Assembly: GCA_951406725.2 (NCBI GenBank) | Contig: OX597821.1 | Location: 43,400,001 to 43,464,000 of the forward strand | Origin: Octopus vulgaris | Lineage: Eukaryota | Direction: 5' to 3' | DNA: 64,000 nucleotides | In this document: piece by piece, positions 13,383 through 25,654 of the stretch | Position numbering within the stretch: position 1 is the stretch's first letter | How the letters are laid out: the number at the start of each line of letters is the position of its first letter | Program-made: the position numbers and the translations under genes | The notes under the pieces: model-generated | Database searches by the model: none | Told to the model about the DNA's origin: nothing | What the model saw: the letters and a program-made list of their open reading frames with translations, nothing else

Positions 13383-13782
13383 TCTTTATATATAAAACTG
13401 AAGTTGTGTGTCTGTCTCCTACGATTTAGATTCCTAACTACTCCCACATTTTGCGGTGCAGTTTAACCAAAACCGGGTATCTTTATAGTCGTGATTCATA
13501 TCGAGCCCTTCTGGGTATTAGCGTGCGTCTACGATGAGTCTACGATTTAAAAAAAAAATTTACCATCATTTTTTTCCATTTTAATGCATTTTTTTCGCTA
13601 TTATATAAGGGAAGTAATTCTCAAAAAATGTCTATGATGAGTCAACGATTTAAAAAAAAATTTACCATCTTTTTTTTCCATTTTTAATGCATTTTTTTGC
13701 TAATTTTTGGCTATAACTCTCTAAAAATGCATATATAGTTATTTCCCTTACAAACCCGAGCAACGCCGGGCGATACTGCTAG
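13383..13782 (+). mobile_element. Non-autonomous Helitron-like element
   Basis: 5' A|TC terminus, 3' GC-rich hairpin cccgagcaacgccggg followed by CTAG|T, and an internal tandem duplication of about 100 bp. CpGs are intact, suggesting a young copy. Confidence 0.82.
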
Positions 13783-14267
13783 TGTATATATAAATGAAAC
13801 TTACATCTTTCTTTTTCTATACAGTACCTCCTATTACATTGTTTAGTCCCCTCTTTTCATCCTTTTTCTTTATTCTCCTACAGTCTCTTTTTCTCTGTCA
13901 TCAGTTTGCTTTATCACTCAGTAATTTCTTTTCCTTAAAGATGTAATTTTCTTTTGTTTTTTGTATTAATAGAAACTCACAAATAGTCAAACGTCTCTGG
14001 AAATAGGCAAAATTTTCAGGTGATTAATCTAGGATTCTCTTTTGAAAAGTGTTTTACTTTACCTGTGGTTTCAAATAGCAAAGGTACATGTATGTTATTC
14101 AAAATCATTTTCCATTACACAGTTGAAATATCTTGTTTCAAAAGGAGTTTTAGAGAAACCCGAGGAGGCAACAGTAGAAAGGATGAAAGGAAAGCAAAAG
14201 CAATAAAAAAACAGAATAAAGCAATAAAATACGTTCTTTAACTTAAAATTTCTATCAAGTTAATTAA

Positions 14268-14463
14268 CCCTTTAGTATGCAGACCAACCATATCAGTCCC
14301 AGATATTTGACTTGTTTTGTGTACTCAGATCTGGCCTCTTACACTTATCCTAAACATAAAGTCATGTCATTGAAATCTCAGAGCTAAAGGATGATGTAAA
14401 ACTAATTCAAAATGATATGAATAAACAGGCATTGCATTTGACAGTAATCTGAATGTTAAAGGG
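14268..14463. mobile_element. piggyBac-like MITE
   Basis: TTAA|ccctttagtatgcaga ... tctgaatgttaaaggg|TTAA. Confidence 0.75.
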
Positions 14464-14911
14464 TTAAAATAATTACTTTACCCATTATGCAATTAGAAGC
14501 TGTAACACTTGCTTAAAATATAACCCAGAATTCCAGGTATTGTGGAAAATAGTAATGAAGTTATACTTCATATCAGCTGGTGGTATAAAATATGGTTATA
14601 TACGGTATACATGTTGTTTACTACAGGCATATATTAGTGCTTAATGTGAATTGTATTTTACCTGTTATATGGTGTGTGTGCACATCATCATCTTCATTGT
14701 TTAACATCTGTTGTCCATGCTGGTATGGGTTGGAAGGTTTGACCAGAACTGGCAAGCCAGAGAGCTGCACCAGGCTCCAGTCTGATTTGGCATATATATA
14801 TATATATATATTTGTGTGTGTGTGTGTGTGTATATGTATATATATATGTATGCGTAAGTGTATGTGTGTATATATATATGTATTGTCTATGTAGATATAT
14901 ATAAATATATA

Positions 14912-15145
14912 AGCAATAATAAATCTCTGGGTGAGGTATAAACAGTAGCTGCATCACATCGTGAAGTATATTTGCCACTTATATGTGGCTAACCCCTAAG
15001 GGTGGATGCTACTGTAGCTTGTAGCCCCAGGAGGACACCTCCTACAGTTGGCTATTGACACATTTTCTGTGCCCTATCAGTATTTGCAAAGCAAAGCCAT
15101 CCTTCCCATTTTCAACCTATGATACACATGGACTCGAGCTTCTGG

Positions 15146-15146
<1 letters not shown>
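14912..15146. repeat. Unclassified interspersed element between TA microsatellites
   Basis: A GC-richer 235 bp block sharply bounded by (TA)n tracts. Confidence 0.4.
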
Positions 15147-15174
<28 letters not shown>

Positions 15175-15176
<2 letters not shown>

Positions 15177-15557
15177 TGCAGGAGTAGCTGTGTGGTAAAT
15201 AGCTTGCTTACCAACCACATGGTTCTGGGTTCAGTCCCACTGCATGGCATTTTGGGCAAGTGTCTACTTTAGCCTCGGCTGACCAAAGCCTTATGAGTGG
15301 ATTTGGTAGACGGAAACTGAAAGAAGCCTGTCATATGTATATATATATGTGTTTGTGTGTCTGTGTGCCCCCAACATCACTTGACAACTGATGCTGGTGT
15401 GTTTATGTCCCTGTAACTTAGTGGTTTGGCAAAAGAGCCCGATAGAATAAGTACTAGGCTTACAAAGAATAAGTCTTGGGGTCAATTTGCTCGACTAAAA
15501 GGTGGTGCTCCAGCATGGCCACAGTCAAATGACTGAAACAAGTAAAAAGGTAAAGAG
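15175..15557 (+). mobile_element. Full-length tRNA-derived SINE
   Basis: Head gtagctgtgtggtaaatagc...gggttcagtccc, internal TA/TG tract and tail gactgaaacaagtaaaaaggtaaagag. Many fragments occur elsewhere in the window. Confidence 0.88.
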
Positions 15558-15559
15558 TA

Positions 15560-15981
15560 CCGTAAATCCTCGAGTATAGTCTGCCCTTGAGTATAATACG
15601 CAGGGGATTTTTAGGGGGCTGTACCTCTGAAAAACCTAAACCATGTGTATAATATGTACCCCTTCTCTAACTTGAGTCAACGAAGTCTATGTAATGTCCT
15701 TGGTTTGTAAAAATGTATACAGTAACATCCTTTATTATTATTGTATATATAACAATGCAAATGTGTAGCTTTTTTGTGCATTTTGTTTGCAAGAAATAAA
15801 GAAATAGCTGTAATAACGTTTAATAAATGTTGCGTCTGAATAAACATTGCTGGACAGCAAATAGAGATTTGGACATTGCTTAGAAAATAATTTTCATTCT
15901 TAACCTCGTATATAATATGCACTAGGGATTTTGACCTTTAAATTTTGGGTAAAAATGTGGATTATACTCGAGGATTTACGG
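15560..15981. mobile_element. Tc2/pogo-like MITE
   Basis: Perfect TIR ccgtaaatcctcgagtata / tatactcgaggatttacgg, TA target duplication, a sub-terminal repeat of the TIR motif and no coding capacity. Confidence 0.88.
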
Positions 15982-17741
15982 TAATATAATTTAGATGAAA
16001 CTTGCTGATATAATGTGATAGTTGTTGATTGAAATTGTGAAAAGGTTTTTACTTGTTGGCATGTAGGTTGAATACAGTTAAGGTAGGTTGAATACAGTTA
16101 AGTTGATTAAATATGAGATGTTTTCACAAATATTTGCAAGATGTGTATTGCTGGGCAAAGACTACTGTGTTCCAATATTCTTTGTAACTTGGAAGCTACA
16201 AAGCTCCCACTAGAAAAGGCATTCCAAGATAATGCCTCCATTGATTTATTGAGGATACTGTTTCCCTGGTTTCATTGCTCATCCTATAAAAAATGTTTTC
16301 AGAAAAAGAAAAGAAAAAATTCAAAGAAATGCTCAATAGATTTTACTTTTCTAAATTCAGAGATTGTGTTCAGCTCAAATTTCTAATGAAAGTATTGATG
16401 CAATGATCAACTGTGTGATAACTCAGCTCCTGTTCAGAATTGATGAATCTCAATATTACCTTGATTGCTGATATGACAGATGACACTAAAATATCAACTT
16501 ATTTTCTCAAACTTCCCTTCTCTTATTAAATCTTTAATATGTAATATCACTGAATCCTAACTCTTCTTGAGGTATTACCCACCCTCATACTCGAAAATCA
16601 AAGGAGGAAAAAATTTGAACATATTTACTCGATAAAATACAAAATATAAGCTAACATGGTGCAAATAAGAAGTCTATTGGCAGGAAATGCCTTCTAAAAT
16701 GAGGCTAAATATTGTTTCTTGCACAGAAGAGTTGCAATTATAAGTAGTTCAGGACTTGGTAACAGCTGCAGTTACTTGTAGTTCAGGCTTTTAAGAGTTA
16801 ACTGTATTTTTACTAACTTTTAATTTTGCTGCTGAATTTAATGACTTAAGCACAAAGCTTTGACTCATTTGACTTTTTGAAGTTTAAAGGAATTTGTAGA
16901 ATGGAATTCCTTCATACCTCATTTGTCTCCAAATTACATTGGTTGAATATAATTTTTCCAAGATATGTAGATGTTGCTCCACTCACAAGAATTTTAAAAA
17001 GTTAGACAAATTTCTGTAAATGGAGTTATTTCTGAGTAACAGATTTGAAATATTTGATAATATTGTATCCACTTTAGTATATGGAATCCTGTTTAATATG
17101 TTTTGTAATAAAATCTTTTTAAATTGTCATTAGATAAGGCTACAATGACATTTTTATTTCTAATAAAGGAAAACAAATTTTGGCCTGTGAATAGTTAGAA
17201 GTTCCAACAAAAGTATATAATACGAATGAATATAAAGTTCTATTGTATATATGACAAAATATGTGTAATGTGTATTCAATACTGAGTAGTATAATACTGC
17301 TAGTGTATTAGTACTGTTTCTGTTTCTGAAAATTTGAAACACTGTTAGTACACTTGTTTACAGACATAAATGTTAATTACAAATACAAACTAAATGTCAT
17401 TATTTGAATTGTAACTATTGTGAAAGAGTACTTACACTTGTTTTAAGACTTCTTCTCTGTGTCTTTTCTATTCTTCCGCACTGTCTTTTTCTCTCAGTTT
17501 TTTTTACACATTCTCTATCTTTTTCTCTATCACCCAGCTTTGCTCAGTCTCTAAGAAACAGAAGGAAATAAAAAAAACAAAACAAAAAACAGACCACTTC
17601 TTCATTAGTTAGTATTGAAGAGAATGGAAGTGATAAGTATATAAGACCAAACAAAATAGCCCAAACATAGATAAGACTTTCTTAATCTTAATTGATGCTT
17701 CATGATTCATAAAAAGGTTACAGATATTATCTCTCTTCCTC

Positions 17742-17772
<31 letters not shown>

Positions 17773-18232
17773 GTAGAGGTTTGTTTTTCCCTGAATGTGT
17801 TTATGGGTATTGTGGGTAATCGCTTGATAGATGTCTGGTTTGTTGACATGTATATTGTTTTGTATTTGTGTGTTGAGTGCAATGTTGAACCTCCACAATT
17901 GTTTATTCATCTATGAACCACCATGTAACTCAACCTCACCACGTCAAAAAAAAAAAAAAAGCAGTGGGTGGGGGTTACTCTAATCATCATCATTTAGCGT
18001 CCGTTTTCCATGCTAGCATGGGTTGGACGGTTTAACTGGGGTCTGTGACACAATAATACTTTCTCTGTGTCACACATTTCTTTCCTTAATTCCTTCTCCT
18101 CATCTGTGACTGTGCATTGTAGATCTTTGAGGAACTTGCAACCTCTACTCTTTAGCATTTAAACTAACCATATCTTGCCCAAATATTCTGATTACATCAT
18201 TAAAATCTTGAAGCTATGCATACATATATACA

Positions 18233-18950
18233 TATAATTGAGTAAGAAAGAGGTACATGTGTCAATTCATTACGGCCATTTTTAATGACTCCTTTAATTG
18301 ATTAATGAGAGCATTAAATCATTGCAAAGAAACCTTTTTCGTCAGAGGAATTCATGATCTTCAAACACAAAGGTCTGTTCTACATAGTTAATAAATTCCT
18401 GGAGTAAAAATATTTATATTGATCCTGCTACCATTCAGTTGACAGATTGAACTTATCTGAATAGTGTATATTTAGTCAGAACAAAGAAAAATTTAGGGAT
18501 TATTAGAGTTTATAGTTGGGAGAGGAGATAATAGACCTAAGTGACCCAGTTATCTAAACTTCTAACGGTAGAGGAAGGACCTAGATTTTTATCTCAAGTA
18601 AGTTATGTGTACTGGTCAGTGGTGAGAGAAGCAATTAATGCCAGGCCAGCCTACTAAATTATCAAAAGTGATGGGACTATATGTGGGCTTAATCTTTGCA
18701 AAATGGGCAAGGCATAGGGTGGTTATGATGGAGTGAGTAATGGGGAGGGCATGATAGTTAGAAGTAAGATAGAAGAAGCTGAACTTAGATTCATCTGATG
18801 AAATGGTTTCTTTGCATTGATGTAATGTTCTCATTAATCAATTAAAGGAATCGCTTGAAACGGCTGTAATGAATTGATACATGTACCTCTTTGTTACTCA
18901 ATTATATTTTATTCACCTATACTGGAATCTATGCTTTGTAAATATTATAG
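18233..18950 (+). mobile_element. Foldback element, probable Penelope-like remnant with inverted pseudo-LTR
   Basis: Inverted arms at 18233-18351 and 18789-18906. The right arm carries a hammerhead motif and a short extra tail. Confidence 0.75.
18789..18874 (+). ncRNA. Type I hammerhead ribozyme motif
   Basis: Stem I attcat/atgaat, core CTGATGA (18795-18801), stem II ggtttcttt/aaaggaatc, GAAAC-ggct-GTA. Predicted cleavage after 18868. Confidence 0.75.
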
Positions 18951-19106
18951 ACAATATTTTAAATATAAAGTACATGTCTGAATAGCTAAGAGCGGATTTT
19001 TTCACTTGGCTGAGTTTTATTATCTGCATACACTGTAAGAATATCATGTCGGCACTTATGCACCAAGTCTGATATTCACTTAATATTGTTGAGTATGCAT
19101 GTTATA

Positions 19107-19874
19107 TCTAATATAATAAATATGAAAAGTAATTTCTGTGTGTCAGTGTGTCACACTTTGATCCCCTCTCTCACTATTCATTAACACTCCTATTGCTCAT
19201 GTTGGGGGTGAAAGTAATAGTAGGCATAGAAGGCAGTGGCGAAGAAAGAGAGAGAAAGAGACACAAAGAAATTTAGGGAAAGTTGATGTTTTATTAAAAA
19301 CAGTAGTGTTGATGGTGATAGTGGGAGTAATAATAAGAGAAACAAAGTGGGTATGTGAGAGAAAGAGGGACTGACAAGTAACTTACTGATGAACACACAC
19401 ATTTAGCCTTTTGTGATGGTAATGGGGATGATAGTAATAGTATGAGCTGTAGTTGTGATAGAGGCAGAGGCGGCGGTGATGATGGTAGTGTTGGTGGTAG
19501 TAGCCGAGAGAGTGAGGAATGAAGTGAAAGTAAGCGATGTGAAAGACAGTAGTGATAGTGGTGGAGGGGAAGGTGGCGACGTCAAAGGTATTGATGATGG
19601 TGGCATCAGAAGTCTGCATGTGTGTATATGGCAGATGTGGTGGTGATGCTAGTGGTACTGTTGTTTATCATGCAGCTTTGCAATAAGTTCCAAGTCGACG
19701 ATTATGTCATTGTTTTGATGCAAATTGTTCATTGCTTGAAAAATATTGTTGAAGTTTAATAGAATTTAATATGTACTCAATGCATGAAGTGTCATTGTTG
19801 GGCTCAAGGCCTAATGAAGAGCCCTCCTCAGGAGCTAGCTTAACAGCAGCCTCATAGAGTGGCTTTTAAGCTAG
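19107..19874 (+). mobile_element. Non-autonomous Helitron-like element
   Basis: 5' A|TCTAATATAATAAA..tgtgtgtcagtgtgtc, purine/GGT-rich low-complexity interior, and a 3' hairpin agcc..ggct followed by CTAG|T. Confidence 0.65.
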
Positions 19875-19923
<49 letters not shown>

Positions 19924-20097
19924 GTATATATATACTAGCTTAAAAGCCACTCTCTATATATATTTAATAAAAATAACATATAACAGAAAGAAGCACACTC
20001 TAAAAATTTAGAGCAGTAATGCAACAAAATTTTATATCTTGGGTAACTCTGTCCAAGATATAAAATTTTATTGTAATATATATATATATATATACAT

Positions 20098-20348
20098 ACA
20101 ATTGCAGCATGGAAGGTGTTTATAAGCCATTTAAGAAACACACAAAAACCGTTAGATTCACTTCAACGTTTAAATTTAGTTTGCCAAAATATTTTCATTG
20201 CTTTGTTCACTGACAAAATTCCATGTAGCACGGAATTGTGTGTTTCTTAAATGGCTTATAAACACCTTCCACGCTGCAATTGTTTTTGTTCCGGCACACA
20301 ATCTCAGATCAGGTCACTTGCTATGCAAGTACTTGTACATCTCTGTAA
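20098..20348. mobile_element. Foldback element in (TA)n, probable Penelope-like remnant
   Basis: Near-perfect 48 bp inverted arms at 20098-20145 and 20236-20283, plus a tail of about 65 bp before the next TA tract. Confidence 0.7.
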
Positions 20349-20361
20349 TATATATATATAT

Positions 20362-20550
20362 TAATATTTAGCAGAAGCAACAGAATGACTCAAGGTCCGA
20401 AAGTTTCATGCATCATCACTTGGTGCCAATGCATGAAACTTTCAGACATTGATTCGCTCTGTTGCTTCAATTAAATATTGATAACAATATACTTAGACTC
20501 ATATTTTAAGTCCTATTTTTCCTGTCTACATCACCATGCCTGTATGTTTA
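20362..20550. mobile_element. Foldback element in (TA)n, probable Penelope-like remnant
   Basis: Inverted arms at 20362-20413 and 20429-20480, plus a tail of about 70 bp before the next TA tract. Confidence 0.65.
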
Positions 20551-20562
20551 TATATATATATC

Positions 20563-20960
20563 AGAAATTAAAAAAAAGGAAAATATGCATTCTTTACTTA
20601 GTTTTAATATATTGACCGGTTTCGCTATTGCAATTCATGATATTTTGTTTTACTTATTTGAATATGTATTTTTTCTTAAGAAGAAATTTTGTCCATGTTG
20701 TGTGTGAGGATATTTACAAGTGAATATTCACTCGTAAATATCGTCACACACAACAGGGACAAAATTTCTTCTTAAGAAAATACATATTCAAATAAGTAAA
20801 ACATAATATCATGAATTGCGATAACGAAACCGGTCGATATATCAAAAATTATATTAAAACTATGTAAAGAATGCGTATTTTCCCTTTTTAATTTCTTGTA
20901 TACATTACATCTCACCATGTGAGGTAATCGAAATTCTTCCTTTCTGTTACTACTACTACT
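20563..20960. mobile_element. Loopless palindrome of about 330 bp, probable Penelope-like remnant
   Basis: Arms at 20563-20725 and 20726-20896, centred on gtgaat|attcac. It contains CGAAACCGGTC and has a tail of about 60 bp. Confidence 0.75.
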
Positions 20961-21940
20961 CTCTCTTTCTCTCTCTATATATATTTATATATATATAATC
21001 ACTGCTTATGTTTATAAACATACACTTAGTAAGGGAAACACCTTCCTCTGGATAGCTTTCTCCTGATTTGTATTATATATGTATTCTCTTTCTGAATGTT
21101 AGTGTGATATGACATGACAAAGTCAACATTGTCCTCTACCAACCAGTGCAATCAACTGTTCTATGCAAGAATTGGTCTACAGTCATCAATGACATCACCA
21201 TGAAGGAAGCATTCTACAAAAAAGAAAATAAATTCTCGGATATGAGATAAAGCTTCCACTGCCAATATCGTATTGATTAATGTTTTTTTCTTTTGATAAG
21301 TACTGAAACTGCAAAAAAAAAAAAAAAAGTGAAATATAGGATGTCGAAGGGAAATGAAAAGATTTGTAAATCATGTAAACAGATATGAATAAAGGAATAA
21401 TTGTATTCTTAGCAAAGTAAAAATTAGTGTCAGACTGGTGGGGTGGAGGAAAGGTAAACTGGAAAAAAACTATTATGGTGAATATGAACTGGGCTTTGAT
21501 GAGGGATGCTGTTCAAAGTGTAAATAGATTGTATGTATGTATGTATGTGTGTGTATATTGCCATCCCCATCCTTCTTCTCTGCCTACTATTCCTGAGAGG
21601 TTATGGGGATAGTTTCCAGGTATCTTATCCATAGGATCCTATCAAAAGGAACCATTGTTACACTTTCTATACACTTGTAGGTCCAGCACAAATTCCAGCT
21701 TGATATGAAAGGGGTTCAAAAGAATTTGGGTTAGGTAGAGGGGTCCATTTGAAAAATATATTAGTCGACACACAATACCAGTGCAACAAAGCAATAAGCC
21801 TGCAACTTGTTCTGGGAAGCTTAGGGGTGGGTGTACAAAAGATTTGTTTCACAGGACTCTAAAGCAGGTCCAGGAGGGGACAACTGTTAGTGATATGTAT
21901 ATAAGATACAAACACACACACACATTTATATACATATATA

Positions 21941-23202
21941 TTGAGTCATTCTATAAATAATGTGGTTTTTTCAATTGACTGAACTGAAAGTCAGAGGGGG
22001 ACAGGATAAGCTACTTTCATCAACTTGATATAAAAGCAGGTTGTAATTTTACCATGCCCTTATTCTTAGTGCAAGTTTTGTAGAGTGCAGTTCAATTTTA
22101 ACAGTTAATTTTTCAAGGCTGTAATGGAAGTGTGGCATATTTTGCTTTATGATTTCAATAAAGGCAAGAACACAATGGAAAGTGCAAGGAATATTAATGC
22201 AGTATATGAGGATTGGACTATAAGAGTAAGCCAGTGTTAATGCTGGTTCCAGAAATTCCAATCTGGAAACTACAGCATAGAAGATGAGCCTCTTCCTGGA
22301 AGATCTGTAGAACTCAACGAGGATGTCCTGCAAAGCCTGGTGGAACAAAATCCCATTATATAACTGTTGAACTAGCAGAGAAGCTTGGATTTAGTTAGTC
22401 AACCATTCATTGACACCGGGATGCCGTCAGCAAATTGGGTCAATGGGTTTTTCACAAACTTTCCAATTCTAATTGTGCACAGAGAGTGAATGTGTGCTCT
22501 TCTTTGCTGTCACGTCTCATGAATGAACCTTTTTTAGACCGAATAGTGACTGGTGATGAGAAATGGGTTCTCTATAAGACTGTCAAGCTTCAAAGACGGT
22601 GGATAGAGAAGGAGAAACTCTGGCATCCCAGGCTAAAGAAGGTTATCACCCACATAAGGTGTTGTTATCTGTTTGGTGGGATATGAAAAGTTTAGTCCAC
22701 TTTGAACTTTTAAATCCAAACCAAATAATAACAAAGGAAATCTATTGTGAGCAGCTTGAGTGGCTTAAGTCAGTGCTAGAAGGAAAAAAAACGACCATCT
22801 TTGGTTTCAAGACAAAAGGTGTCCTTCCATCAGGATAATGCTCGGCCACATACAACGAGGATGACATTCCAAAGGCTGGAGCAGTTTGAATAGGAAACGA
22901 TGCCCCACCCACCATATTCGCTGGACATTTCCACATGTGATTATCATTTATTTTGCAGTATTCAAAATCATTTGGATGGAAAAAATATGAATTCTGTAGA
23001 CAAGGCCAAAACAGTACTGGAGGAGTACTTTTCATTACAGACAAGTGTATTTTGGAAGAGGGGCCTGGCAAGTCTACCAGATAGATGGAAGAACATTGAA
23101 AATGAAGGAGAGTATATTTTAGATTAAAAAAGAGCTTCATCTTAATTTTGAAAAATAAAAGTAGTGTAAAAAAAGAAAGTCATTATTTATGGGATGACCC
23201 AA
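21941..23202 (+). mobile_element. Mariner (DD34D-type) DNA transposon, decayed near-full-length copy
   Basis: TIRs ttgagtcattctataaataatg / cattatttatgggatgacccaa flanked by TA. Motifs WVFHKL, RIVTGDEKW, HQDNARPH and HPPYSLDISTCDYHLF lie in broken frames. Confidence 0.95.
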
Positions 23203-24488
23203 TAAATACATAAATATATGTATAAATATAACTACATAAATATTAATAGGTTGACTTAGCTCCTCATGTTACTTAGTTTTGTGGATGTGACAAAGCATGA
23301 CTAGTTCCTTGGTCATTCAGAAGCCCAAGCAGCTAAGTCAACCTACTACTCAAATATGATGTCAACTGTGTGTTGAGTGCTACTTGTTTTCATTTGTTCT
23401 CTCTCTTGCTTGAGCAATAAATTTCCTAAATCCCTCATAGACTCATCCGTACACCATCAAGTCATAGTGATGTTGACTTGCAACTGCCTCATTTTATGTT
23501 AGGCAAATGTGATTTTTGTAGATTTTATCACTCAGATTTGTTTAGTTGTTTACACTGGGTATTGAAATTGAAGTGTTAGATGTATGTTGTGAGTTACATC
23601 TGTTTTACTTTTTACTTATGTGTGTTTATTTTAACATTGTGTGATGTTATCAATAATGACTTCCAGCATACGGCAAATGTTTTATGACCATTTTCCCTGC
23701 TAAAATAGGTGTTAACCATGTGAAGGCCTCCATAAGTCTTCTCCATTTCATCCTATCCTCAACATCTTCTCCTTACCTTCATTTCCCTCTCCATTTAAGT
23801 TATATATGACATATATTCACTCTTCTTCCTGTCAATGTCTCTACTACTTCCCTAATCTCCCTGATTTCTACATCAGCATTTGGTCATCCTAAATGCACTG
23901 AATTCCTCTCTTGCTCTGACCTGATTCTCCACATAGTTTTGATTAAAATGTGTGTGGATTCCCACCTATGCACTATATACTATTCATTATAAAGTTTGTT
24001 TTTGAGATGGCATTTTACACTTTGGTACCAGCTCCTCTTATGACATGCAAAAATGCTGTCTGTTCTAAGCCAACATTTACATGAATACATTTATATATAA
24101 CATTTTTTTTCTTAAATTATAATTTAAATATATTTGAATTGGTTATATTTTTATGATTATATAAAAATTTCATAATGATCAGAATGTAAATAATTTCCTT
24201 TTGGGCTTTGTACTTAATGAAATAATATATTTTCAGCTTGTAATAGATAGCAAAAAGTAATTTGTTTTTCACTTTTCTAATACTGTGGCTTGAATTGGGA
24301 GCAATCACATTGTGTCACTTGGTCATGAATTAAGATTTATGATAGATTTTCCTTCATAATGACAAAGCGATTTTGTTGATTGAAAAGTTCTATTCTTTGA
24401 ATGAATTAATTTAATTTTTGGAAAACGATACTTTACCATTTTATTATTTTTATGATGCAGATCTGTAATCAGATGAGCATGTATCCAT

Positions 24489-24544
<56 letters not shown>

Positions 24545-25654
24545 CAGTAATAATTTAAAATCATTGAATTGTCACTTGGAAGAAATATTGTGCATATATA
24601 TTTGGGCATGCGCGTGCGCGCACACACACACACACATACATACACACACTCTCTCTCTCATTTGGACCCCAGAATCTTCTGATGTATCTTGATCCAAAGT
24701 CAACTCTGTGAGACCTAAATATAACTCTCAATGTGTTTCTTAGGATTTCTTCAGTTTTGCTCTATCAGATATACCTCTGACCACCAACTTGAAACCCTTT
24801 TTTGTACTCAGCTTATCAACTAATTGCTTTACTTGTTCAAATATTTTTCCTACATACATCTACCTTCAATGCAATCTTGATTCATTTGTGCTCAATCATT
24901 CTAAGTATATATTATACATCTATTTGATCAAACACATGTATGTACATATTTCACTTGTCTATGCAGTATGGAAAGATTATACTAAATAATTAAATAGAAA
25001 AAGATTGATGAATTTATTGGAAATAAAATTTTATATTTGCTATTGAAGAAAGCAGATTTTCGGCATGGTTTCTTAAGCCAGATGCCCTTCCTAATGCCAA
25101 CCACTCCAAGAGTGTAGTGGGTGCATTTTATGTGCCAGTTATGTGACACCATCATTGGCCACAACCATGTATGCTTTCACTTGGTTTGATGAATCTTCTC
25201 AAGCATGGCAAAGGTCTCTCTCACTTAATGTTGTCTCTGTGCAATGATATAGATTACAAATAAAGCTGAAAATTGTTTTTCAAAAAAAATCAGTTCTCTC
25301 TTTTTTTTTTTCTATCTCTAACAGCACAGGCTTGATCTGTGTTCATATATGTTGTAGATAAATAACATATATCAATGATAAACAGCTCCACAAAATACAC
25401 CGATACTAACAGTGTTTAGCCCTTGATTCATTAGTGTTGTATGTATAAGAAGAGTCTCATTTCTTTTAGGTGAGAATTTTAATACTTGCAAAGAGTCCTA
25501 AAAAATTCAGATACCATTGTTTTTTTCCATGCTACCATGTGTTATTTAAGTCAGGATTGCATGAATGGATACTCTTCCTGTCACTTATCCTTACCTGTTT
25601 TTCAAGTAAGAAATTTTTTTGTAATTCTACATGTCTTTGTAATTATTGAGTGCC

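Noticed and set aside
16062-16102. Short tandem duplications (also about 49130-49230, 56060-56130 and 60145-60192)
   Set aside because: Ordinary two-copy slippage duplications with no further structure.
19383-19646. Thr/His/Gly-rich ORFs
   Set aside because: Translation of the low-complexity interior of the Helitron-like element.
22742-23140. 132-aa minus-strand ORF, and 32552-32842 and 54281-54625
   Set aside because: Antisense shadows of transposase or reverse transcriptase pseudogenes.
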